A DNA stretch of 64,000 nt from assembly GCF_006345805.1 (NCBI RefSeq), contig NC_043021.1, forward strand, positions 11,718,001 to 11,782,000, written 5' to 3'. Positions within the stretch are counted from its first letter, which is position 1; each line of letters starts with the position of its first letter. Made by a program: the position numbers and the translations under genes. Below, piece after piece: positions 26,038 through 38,800 of this stretch. The stretch comes from Octopus sinensis (Eukaryota). The notes below the pieces were generated by a model that did not search any database, was not told the DNA's origin, and was given only the letters and a program-made list of their open reading frames with translations.

Positions 26038-28462
26038 AAATTAAATAAGGGTAGAAATTTTTAAAAATCCGAAGATTAAAAATTGTGTTACATACAAAAT
26101 TAAGAGGAATGACCACTAAAGTGGAAACCCTATATGCTAAACATAGACGTCAAATCACCATTACCATGAAGAATGTATTCTCAAGAAAAATCTCAGCAAA
26201 AACGCCAAAATGTAAAAATTTCGTATATTTTCATGTCTTGCTCAAACCATATTTATTTCTTTATTGTCCACAGGGGGCTAAACACAGAGGGGACAAACAA
26301 GGACAGACAAAAGGGATTAAGTCAATTACATCGAGCCCCCAGTGCATAACTGGTACTTATTTAATCAACCCTGAAAGGACGAAGGGCAAAGTTGACCTCA
26401 ACGGAATTTGAACTCGGAACATAACAGCAGACGAAATACCGCTCAGCTAACGATTCTGCCAGCTCACCGCCCTTCTACAAAACCATATTGACTAATTCTT
26501 CAGTGGAATGTTAGATTGTTTTTATTATAACTTGACACAAATACACACATATATATTTACACATACACACTTGAATTTACAAATGAGAGGAAAAGACATA
26601 CTTGATAGACATTCTTAACCCTTTTGTTACTAACCCGGCCAAAACCAGCTCTGGCTCTGTGGTAACATGTCTTGTTTTCATAAGTTTTAAATTAAAATCT
26701 TCCACCAAACCTTAGTCACAATTTATGTTCCTAACACTAGCTGAATGATAACTAAGTTATTTTACTAAATTCCTTGTTATATTTAAAGTAATTGAAAGAA
26801 ACACAGAGCATCTCAAAATAAATACAGTAATGAAAGGGTTAATGTCTTCAGGAGTCTTTAGTCAATACAATCCTTCTTCCAATAATGCTTATTTGGCAGA
26901 GCACATACAAAGGTTACAAAAAGAATAAAAGACACCTAATTTTGACAATCTAAAACAGCATTAACAACAACAACAACAACTACGGTTACTTACTGTGTGG
27001 GATGCAGAGAAGGTCATTGTTGAAACCTGTTTCTTCAGACCATTTATTTGAATTGTCAGACGGACAGTCACCACCTAATAGAGAGAAAGAGACAATGTAA
27101 GACAGTGAGGAAGATAAAGATAGCATAGGACAATTGGAGAGAGAGAGAGGAGAGAGGGAAAAGTGAGGAGAGAGAGAGAGAGGAGAGTGAGGAGAGAGAG
27201 AGAAACAAAGAAAAAGTGACAATGTAAGATGGTGAGGAAGATAAAGATAACATAGGACAATTGGGGAGAAAGAGAGAGAGGAGTGAGGAGAGAGAGAAGA
27301 GAGACAGAGAACAGAGAAGGGAGAGAAAGAGAGAGGAGAGGGATAATATATTATTTCTTTATTACCCACAAGGGGCTAAACATAGAGGGGACAAACAAGG
27401 ACAGACAAAGGGATTAAGTCGATTACACTGACCCCAGTGCAAAACTGGTACTTAATTTATCGACCCCCGAAAGGATGAAAGGCAAAGTCGACCTTGGCGG
27501 AATTTGAACTCAGAATCTAAAGACAGACGAAATACCGCTAAGATTGGAGCCTGGTGCAGCTCTTGAGCTTGCAAGCTCTGGTCAAACCATCGAATCCATA
27601 CCAACATGGCAAACAGACATTAAATGATGATGATGAATGGTAATGGGGTTAAAACAGGAAGTTTGTATCAGCACCGGAAGGTTGGCATCATCATCATCAT
27701 CATCGTTTAACGTCCGCTTTCCATGCTAGCATGGGTTGGACAATTTGACTGAGGGCTGGCGAACCAGATGGCTGCCCCAGGCTCCAATCTTGATCTGGCA
27801 GAGTTTCTACAGCTGGATGCCCTTCCAAACGCCAACCACTCCGGAGTTGAAAAAGAAGAAAGAAGCAAAATGTGTGTAGTGAGAAGCAAAGGGTTACAAT
27901 AAAAGATGATGCAACAAGATACCTCCTTTCGAGCTATTGTCATCTTCATCGTCGTCGTCATTGTCATCCTCTTCGTCCCCGCCACCGCCACCTCCACCAT
28001 CGTTGTTCTCAGTAGCAGCAGTAGCGGCTGTGTTGTATCTTTTGACCTCTTCCAGTTTCTCTGCCATCAGCTTTCTCCATCTTCGGAATGAGGACTTACC
28101 GACCCAGTAACATTCGGCACTGAAAGGAGAGAGAGGATGAGAGAGTGAGAGAGAGAGAGAGAGAGCATGTGTGGAGGAGGAGGAATTTGGGCAGAGAGTG
28201 CAGAATGAGAATGTAGTGGGGTGGTAGGGAGAGAGTGTAGTGAAACAGGGAAGATAGTGAGAATATAGGAAGTGTGTAGTTCAAATTTACAGAAAACAAA
28301 AAAACAAAAACAGGTGAAGGAACAATAAGTAGGTGTATCAGTTTGATGCTCAGGAAGAATGGAAATGTCTTTGACGCTTCAAGCCTATGCTCTTCACCAG
28401 AAAAGATTGAGAACCAAAACAAAATGTGTAGGGATATATATATATATGTATAATATATATAC

Positions 28463-28559
<97 letters not shown>

Positions 28560-31500
28560 AAATACTGAGGGTAGAAATTGATATCAATCAATTAACATCA
28601 GTATATAAGTATATATATATATATATATAATTGATATAGGATAAATTTTTTCGGGAAAAAAATTTTATCAATGGCCAGCATATCAAAAAATGCCTTTAAA
28701 GGTAAAATTATACATAATTTACAATATAAGGGCAGAAGAAAAATCTAATGCCAGATACGCCGAAACAAAAAATTGTCGATAACCATTAATTTATGTGTCT
28801 CGAAACAAACGATAGAAATCTCTAAAAAATTCGTTATTACCGTATTGGTCCAATTTCGGGGTTAATTCACAAGAAATTTCACCTCTTCAGCGGCACATAC
28901 GCGAGATATAAATGAAATACTTATTCATACCCATTCTTCCGTGGGTATGAATAAGTATTTCATTTATATCTCGCGTATGTGCCGCTGAAGAGGGGAAAAT
29001 TTCTTGTGAATTAACCCCGAAATTGGACCAATACGCTAATAACGAATTTTTTCGAGACGCATAAATTTAATGGTTATCGACAATTTTTTTGTTTCGGTGT
29101 ATCTGGCATTAGAATTTTTCTTCTGCCCTTATCTTGTATATATATATATATATATATATTAAAAGAGAGAAGGGAGTAAAATGTGTGTGTTTTTGTATAG
29201 AGACGAGTAACAAGAAGAGAGAGGGAGAAGAATGAGTGAAAGAAACAGTGACTTGGAAAGAGGTAGTGAGATGACAGGGTTCGGAGATGAGTTGAAGAAG
29301 GGATCAGGGACGAGTGGAAGGATTATAGCCAAGTGAGGGACCAAAGATAACTAAGAGGAACAATGATGAGATTGGAGAAGGTACAAGGAAGGGGTTGGTT
29401 AATAAAAATGAGCATACCAAAGTGTATGATTGATAGACAGAAAGGACTTCTGAGAGAGCTTTTTAAGGAGAGGTTCCTGAAGAGAGACCCCAAAAAGGGA
29501 CTTGATACTAGGGTTCACAGCTCAGCTAAAAGGTCTGAATATCATTCCTACTTTCCATCAAAACACAAAATACACACACACATTATTACTAAGATACATA
29601 GGTACTACAGAGACTGTTCATACACATAGACACACACACACTTACTTCCAAGACGTGGTCTTACATTTATAATGTCAGTAACATACTTGAAAGCTCTTAC
29701 TAAATGTGCAGCCATATACATAGACACACACACACACAGATACTTACAAACACACGGAGACATACAATTACACATACATAAACACATGGCAATGCATACA
29801 GGAACACCTACAGGCAGGCACAAACACACACACACTGATACATATACTCATACAAGCACATATGCACAAACACAGAGACTCAGACACATATATACACAGA
29901 CACACACAAACACAAGTACACATACATGGAAACAACTACAGGCAGGCAGGGATGCACACACGCATGCACACAGACACACATGGAGACAACTACAAACACA
30001 CACACAAGGCACATACGTACACAAACACATGGAGACACATACAGGCACTTATACACACACACACACATGCATGTACATATAGTCACGCATTACTTACGTG
30101 TCATGATTATATTTCATAATGTTGGTGATATATTTCATGTCTTTCTCCATCTTCTGTTTCATCCTCATCACATGACACTGTTTCTGTACACATACCATAC
30201 ACAGACTCTCCTCCCTGCAGTAGCAAAGTTAATTAGCCAGAACATAATGAATGGAAAAAACCCCAAAAACATCAGATTTTTTTTTTTAAAGTATCACCAT
30301 TACAGGTATTTGTATTCCGGTGAAATTAAGAAATTAACTTGTAAATAAATGAAACTCTCAAATCCACCGCTGTACACACACGGAGTCACATATCTACATG
30401 TGTATTTATGTATGCTTGAAAATAATCAAACCAAATTTTGATCATTCCGAGCCACTCGCCCAATGAGTATTTCTGCTAAATTTGGTGGAAATCCATTCAG
30501 CCATTTTCCAGTAATTTTGCAAACACACAGACAAAGAGAAGTGATTACAATACCCTGCTTTCGCTTACATGTGTAGGGTAAAAATAAACGCATTATTGCA
30601 TTAAGATTTATGACAGGCATCAGGTATTATCTACATTATAATAATTGCTGTTGTTGTTGTCGAGGGTCTCCAGATCAACCATGATTATTTGGTCTTTTTG
30701 TATCTTTTTGTATATCTCAGGAGTGTCCCCAGGTCAAATCGATACTTGTCTATGTTCAAAGGTCACAACTCTGGTTCTATGGACATGTGATTAGAATGTT
30801 GCAGGAAATAATTGCAAAGTTATATATTATGCACTTCATTCATTCTAAAGGTCATCTCTATAGCAAATCCTAACATACAGTACAACTCAGTAATGATTTA
30901 ATAAACCAATATTGTTATAATAATAATAATAATGAAATTATTGTATACAATACTCAGGTGCACCACAACTTGTCAGAAAGTGCATATAAAGCATATGCAA
31001 TAATGTACAAATGTCTGGAAAGTAAACAATGTATGAGTCAGATACATGCTTGTGTGTGTATGGAGGGAAGAAAATCAGGTGTAGTGTTGGCGAATCTCAG
31101 AAAGCATGGAAGTTTTGAAGGATGCAGTGCTCCGACAACTAACAACTGATGCCGGCAGTTTGTTCCATGCTTCAGCAACTCTCAGCGTGAAAAAATATTT
31201 CCTAAAGTCATGGGAGCTGTGCTGTTTTCTGACTTTGTAAATATGCCCACGGGTGTTAGACGGGTGGAGTTTGAAAAGGTGCTCAGAGTTATTGTTTGTA
31301 AGATGGTTAATAATTTTATGGGTGTCTGCCAAGTCGGCTGCCAGACGTCGGAGTTTCAATGTGTCCATGTCCAGGGAAGTAAAGCGTTCAGAATATGGCA
31401 AATGCTTGATGGAGGGTTAGTGGCATATTAAAAGGATAAAGACCCCCTTCGGTCATGAATGACCATGGAACTGCATCCAGAAAGTTCCCCTCCGAGGCAA

Positions 31501-32700
31501 GGTTGTTTATGAAAGACCAACAGTTGCCCATGCATACCAACCCCACCTCTCCATGCCAGCGATGTTATTCAAGGCAAAGGTAAAAGCTGATACAGCTCGG
31601 CATTTCTACAGCTGAGTGAACTGGAGCAACATGAAATAAAGTAAATTATTTACATTCGATGGATATTTGTCCTCATCTTGTTTGTTGTTAACACAACGTT
31701 TCAGCTGATATACCCTCCAGCCTTCTTCAGGTGTCTTGGGAAAATTTCGAACCTCGGTTCTCATTCCTAAGGTATTCAGCTGGAACATTGTGTTAGCAAC
31801 AAACAAGATGAGGACAAATATTCGTTGAATGTAAATAATGTACATAATTCCTCATCTCTTAAATATAGAACTGTATGAATAAAGTGTCTAGCTCAAGAAC
31901 ACAACACACAAACTGGTCGGGGAATTGAACTCACTACCTCGTGATTGTGAGCCCAACGCTTTAACCACTGAGCTATATGTCTTCGCAGTTGCTGCATACC
32001 ATGGTTACAAAATGAAATACTGTTGCCCTTGCCAGAAATTAAAATATGCATGTTTTTGTATTTTGTTATGTGTACAGTTCCTTGGTCTGTGAGAAAATTG
32101 TCTTGCATGAAACTGATCTGTGATGCCATAAAAAAGAAAAAAATGGTTAGGACCTCTGTTATAGAGGATAAGAAATACAAAATTTCACTTACCCTAGTAA
32201 CCGGGGGCCACCCATGAATTTAGCAAACAAAGCAGCAGCCTGCATGGAGAGACAAAAATCATTATAATTTACTGAACAATAACCATCATCAGCTGCCACC
32301 ACCACCACCAGAGCAACAACAATCCATCACCTTAATTACAGAAGACAGGGTGGACCAAAAGTCACTCACCAAAATATTTGACATTTTATTTATTACATTA
32401 TTATTATTATTATTATTACTATTATGATTATTATTTATTTTGTTTGTCATGTACAAGTACATGGGTATTTACATTTGACGGATATTTGTCCCCATCTGGT
32501 TTGTTGTTAACACAACGTTTCGGCTGATATACCCTCCAGCCTTCTTCAGGTGTCTTGGGGAAATCTCGAACCTGGCTTTTTCATTCCTAAGTATTTTTAT
32601 TTATATTATTTAGGTCACTACCTGGAATCGAACACGGAATCTCGGGGTTAGTAGCCTGCGCTCTTAACCCCAAGATTCCGAGTTCAATTCCGAGCAGTGA

Positions 32701-32735
<35 letters not shown>

Positions 32736-35129
32736 TCATAAGAAGAGAGAGAAGGAAGAAGAAGAAGAGAAAAGAAGAAGAAGAAGAAGAAAAGAAAAGA
32801 AGAAGAAGAGAAGAGAAGAAGGAGAAGAAGAAGAAGAAGATAAGAGAAGAAGAAGAAGAGAAAAGAAGAAGAAGAAGAAGAAGAAGAAAAGAAGAGAAGA
32901 AGAAGAAGAAGAAGAAGAAGAAGAAGAAGAATGTCTAATAATAAGAAGAATAAGAATAACAAAACAACAACAACAACCACAACAACAAATGCCCTGATGC
33001 AGTACCAGGCAGTAGCTCTCGTGGCTTCTGATCTTAACTGATTGGAAGTGTTATCATGTACATTGTTTCGTCTTGGTATAAAAGATGGGCTACAGCAAAT
33101 ATTCTGCTCAATACCACAGATTTGCTTGTCAGTTGCTTGACCTTAACCAGTTGAGCATGTCCCTTAGTGGCTGACGATATGTGCTTCTCTCTGATGATGA
33201 GCAGAAGTAGTGGGGGAGCATCATAGCCATGTGTTGAGAGGGATTCTTTGGGGTTTGAATAATTCGCCTCTGGAAATATGGGTGTTTCGTTCAACATCCT
33301 TAAACAACCCTTATTCAGGAACCTTTTGAGTGGGATGGGTTACTCGACCAGAAGAAAATTCTAACTGGGCCCCACCTGCAAGGTCACGTGCTGTTTATCT
33401 TGAAATGAGATCACCATGTCACGCACATATGGTTGTGATGCATGTTCCTAGTGTGCCCTTATCAGATGGGTAGTCATGATGGGTATAATGGACTCCGTAT
33501 ATTTTACCCCAGTGTCACTTTAATGGCATGCACTGCTCTCTCACTCAATAATAATAATAATAATAATTGTTTGTTCCATCTCAAGCCATGCCTGGCTCAC
33601 AGCGCCAGTTTCTTGGTTTCCTTGGTGTGTAGATTCCCCACCTGGACAGGACGCTGGTCTGTCGCAGGTGAGCTGCAAAATGCAGGAGGAAAGAGTGAGA
33701 GAAAGTTGTGGCAAAAGAGTCAGCAGAAGTTTGCCATTACCTTCTGCCGGAGCCGTATGGAGCTTAGGTGTTTCGCTTATAAACACACACACATCGCCTG
33801 GTCTGAGATTCGAACCTGTGATCTCTTGACCATGAGTCTGCTGCTCTAACCATTAGGTCCATGTGGCCCCACTTGCTGTAAGAATGACTTTGTGAAAATA
33901 TCACACACCTGAATATATGGTTTCATACAGGTTAGCTGATTAAGAACCCAACCACCTGGCACTTACCTGGCACTAGGCCATGTGCCCCACTAAATAATAA
34001 TAATAATATAATAATGGTATCAAATTTTGGCACATGGCAAGCAGTGGAAGGAGAAGTCGATCTCATTGCCCTGGTTCTTATTTTACTGACCCTGAAAGGC
34101 AAATTCAACCTTAGCCAAAATTAGATCCCAGGACATAAAGATGTATGAAATGCCAATAAACATTTTGGCCTGCATGGTAATGATTCTGCCAGCTAACTGG
34201 GTTAGATTTCAAATTTTGGCACAGGGACCACAGTTTTTGAGGGGAGGGGGATGTCTATTACATTGACTGATATTCTGCAAATTCGTTACCCGAATTAATT
34301 GCTTCTAAGTACAAGGTCTGAAATTTGATAGGGAGGAGGCCAGTTGATTACACTGACCTCAATACCTGGAGGGACAAAAGGCAAAGTCGACTCGAGTAGG
34401 ATTTGAACTCAGGTAAAGCAATTATCAAAAAAAAAAAGTATAAAATGAGTTTTACTTACACCTTCACTACTGACGAATTTTAACTTGGACACCTTGTTAG
34501 GGTTTACCCTGTAGGAGAGACGAAAGAGAAAGGATAAAGGAGGGTCAACAAAATAACTGAAATATACAGAGAGTATGCAAGAGAAGGGATAAGTGATTAA
34601 CCCTCTTGTTATCATATTTCTGTCAATATACATTGTCTTTCAGTCTTTGGATATTATAAATGGTGCTAAGGTACTGTAAATTTAAAACAGAACATAAATG
34701 AATCGTTAACACCTTCATGACTTTTGGGCCACCCTGTAATATGCGTGTTTCTGTGTCTGTGTTTGCCCCCCTGCCATTGCTTGCTAACTGGTGTTGGTGT
34801 ATTTACATCCCTGCGACTTAGCAGTTCAGCAAAATAGACTGATAGAACGAGTGCCAAGCTTTAAAAATTTTATAAAATTTAAATACTGGGGTTAATTCTG
34901 TTCTGTATTTTAGAGATGAGGAATTATGTACATATTGACACCAGATGGACACGTGTCCTCACCTTGCTTGTTGTTACCACAATGTTTCAGCTGATGTAAT
35001 TCCACCAGGACAGCTGATGAAGGCTGGAGAGTACACCAGCCAAAACACTGTGACAACAGCAAACAAGGTGAGAACACATATCCGTCCAATATAAATAACG
35101 GGGTTGATTCGTCTGACTATATATATATA

Positions 35130-35169
<40 letters not shown>

Positions 35170-35767
35170 TAATAATATTATTAGAGAGTATAGCTCCAAA
35201 CTTACAGGGAAAAATTCAATTTAGTATTAAATCAAATGACACAGTATAAATATATAAAATATGAATTAGAGATAAAAACACTATTATGCAACTCAAACAG
35301 TGATAGACATAAACCAATACATAAATAACAAATAACATAAATATAATTAATATAAAATATAATATATATATATTTTTTTTCAAAAAGTATAAAAATAATG
35401 ATAAATATAATATAATAAGTAAAAACATTACGTACGTTTCATGGCTATAATTAAATTCGAATTACAATTAAGTTTAAATTCAATCGAAATAAATTCGAAC
35501 TAAAATTATAGTCAATCTTCAGGTTAATGATAATAGTTAAATAAATAAGTAAATAGAGTTAAACAATATTTTTTTAAGAAGTAAATAAAATAATAATTTT
35601 TCTTATAGAAAAACTCCATTATCTAAATTATAAACTTAAAACATTAGGATTATTTCCTACAACCCATTTATTATGTTAAATATTTATTTTTAAGGTAAAA
35701 AAAGTAGATAGAAATATGTATTTATCTATGAAGATATAATATGGCTTTAAAAAACAATAAACTCATA

Positions 35768-35845
<78 letters not shown>

Positions 35846-38800
35846 CATATATATACACATATGTAGAATATAGACAGACAGACAGGGAAAAAGAGGTGGT
35901 AAGGAAAGAATACCTGCTGTGACAACAGAGAAAACTCTGGTTATTAATGGACGGTGCTTTGATAGGGTCAGTTAACCAACGAGACAACCAATCTAAGCTG
36001 AGCCATTCAAACATATTTAGAACATCTGGAATATAAAACAGAGAAGAATTATAATGAAGTAAAGGCTGTTTGCGGAGTGGGGGGGATTAAATGGCAAGTT
36101 TAGGGTCAAATATTATATAAAATAGATCATCTCCTCCAATGGTCCCTCCCCTCTCACAGGATCTTTGTCTTACAAGAAAACCTTACTGTGCTTAGGAACA
36201 GGTGAGGGTTGGCAACAGGAAGAGTATCCCAGATGTAGAAAAATCTGCTCCAATGAATTCCATCAGACCCATGCAGGCATATGAAAACTGAATGTTAAAT
36301 AACGATAAAGACGACAATGAAGGCACAGGAGTGGTTTGATCCAGCTGGTTTCAGATGGTTTCACAGTACTGGGAGCTACTTGCATTGTTGGGCGGGTTCA
36401 TGTGACGCAGGGTGGTTGATAGGAGTTAAAAGAAGCCCCCCCCCCCAAAAAAAACAAAGGGCTAAAACAGACTGAAACAGAAAGACCCAAACAAATGCTC
36501 TAATCACAAAACCCTAAAGGAAGACCCCCCCCCCCAAAGGACCTAAACAGAGGTCACAACTGAAAGACCCAAAGAACTAAAGAACCTAAATGATCAAAGG
36601 ATTGAAATGAAGCCCCCCCCCCCCAGTGAATGACAGGTGTCGTATCAGACCGTTATATATAAGCATAGTTAATACTTACTCCCTTTAGGCACTAGTGAAT
36701 AATATACATATTTAATTTCCTCTTGTCTCTCTCGTCCAATCTCAACACTTTGGTCCTTAAAAACAAAGAATATGGTTAAAGAATTAGTGACACATTTATA
36801 ACGGTTATGTAAATGTCTGTGTGTGTGTGTATGAGAGAGACATATAAAGAGAAGAGAGATGTGTTTCCGGGAGTAGATGAGAGCGAGAGAGAGAGAGAGA
36901 GAATATGTGTGTGTGTGTGTGTGTGTATGTGTGAAAAAGAGAGAAAGAGCAGGAGAGAGAGAGAGAGGCAAGAGAATGTGTGTTTGACAGTAAGTGAGTG
37001 TGTGTATCTGTCTGTGAGAGTGTGTATGTGCGTGTCTGTGAGAATGTGTGTGTGTGTCTGTGAGAGAGAATGTGTGGTGTGTGTGTGTGTGTGAGAAAGA
37101 GCAGGAGAGAGAGAGAGAGAGGCAAGAGAATGTATGTTTGACAGTAAGTGAGTGTGTATCTGTCTGTAAGAGTGTGTATGTGCATGTCTGTGAGAGTGTG
37201 TGGGTGGGTGTCTGTGAGAGAGAATGTGTGTGTGTGTGTGTGTGTGAGAAAGAGAGGGAGAGAGAGGCAAGAGAATGTGTGTTTGACAGTGAGTGTGTGT
37301 AGCTGTCTGTGAGAGTGTGTATGTGCGTGTCTGTGAGAGTGTGTGTGTGTGTCTGTGAGAGAGAATGTATGTGTATGTGTGTGTGTGTAACAGAAAGTGT
37401 GTATGAGTGAGAGAGAGAGAGAGAGACTGTGTAATTGTGTGTATGAAAGTTATGGATGTGTGCAAGTGCATATATGTGTGTGGATGTGAATGTGTATGGA
37501 CGGTTGCGGAGGGAGTCAGTGTGAACGCATAAGTGTGTGCAGTTGACTTATAACAAACAAGTGAAGAAAGGCCCCCCTAAGAATTACCCCATAAAAATAG
37601 GGTTGCTGGATCAGAGAAGACTTGGGGCTAAATGACAACAATAAACAACCACTTCAGTGATACAGTTCTATATTTAAGAGATGAGGAATTATGTACATTA
37701 TTTACATTATTTACATTTGACGGTATTTGTCCTCATCTTGTTTCTTGTTAACACAACGTCTCGGCTGATATACCCTCCAGCCTTCTTCAGGTGTCTTGGG
37801 GAAATTTCAAACCTGGCTTTTCATTCCTAAGGTATTTTTCAATGTTGTTGTTATTATTATTATTATTATTAATCAGGTCGCTACCTGGAATCAAACTCGG
37901 AATCTTGGGGTTAGTAGCCTGCGCTCTAAACCACTATGCCACGGGCATATGGTGTAGTGGTTAAGAGTGCGGCTACTAACCCCAGGATTCCGAGTTCAAT
38001 TCCAAGCAGTGACCTGAACAATAATAATAATAATAATAATAATAATATCGAAAAATACCTTAGGAATGAGAACCAAGGTTAGAAATTTCCCCCAAGACAC
38101 CTTATGAAGGCTGGAGGGTATATCAGCCGAAACGTGTTAACAACAAACAAGATGAGGACAAATATCTGTTGAATGTAAATAATGTAAATAAAGCTTCAGT
38201 GATACTTCTAAAAAAGTAAAAACAAACAGTAACAACAACAACAATAATAATCCTTTCCACTATAGGCTCAAGGACCAAAATTTTGAGGGGAAGGGGCTAG
38301 TTGATTACATTGACCCCAGTACTCAACTGGTATTTATTTAATCAACCCCGAAAGGACGGAAGGCAAAGTTGACCTTGGCGGAATTCGAACTCAGAACATA
38401 GTGACAGACAAAATACCACTAAGCGTTCTGCCCAGTGTGCTAACGATTCTGCCAGCTCACTGCATTAATAACAACAACAACAACAACAACGATGATGATG
38501 GTGATAATAATAATAATAATAATGGCTGTGTGGTAAGTAGCTTGCTTACCAACCACATGGTTCCGGGTTCAGTCCCACTGCGTGGCACCTTGGGCAAGCG
38601 TCTTCTACTATAGCCTCGGGCTGACCAAAGCCTTGTGAGTGGATTTGGTAGACGGAAACTGAAAGAAGCCCGTCGTATATATGTATATATTTATATATAT
38701 ATGTGTGTGTGTGTGTTTGTCCCCCTAGCATTGCTTGACAACCGATGCTGGTGTGTTTATGTCCCCGTTACTTAGCAGTTCGGCAAAAGAGACCGATAGA

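Larger units (their letters stand above)
28720..29138. repeat. Long palindrome, about 200-bp arms, 8-nt spacer
   Basis: Arms 28720-28933 and 28942-29138; right arm has a deletion of about 20 nt. Confidence 0.95.

Noticed and set aside
37943-38015. tRNA genes at SINE heads (also 61901, 21455, 58160)
   Set aside because: A and B boxes are present but no complete cloverleaf acceptor stem was found, and each continues into a repeated SINE body.
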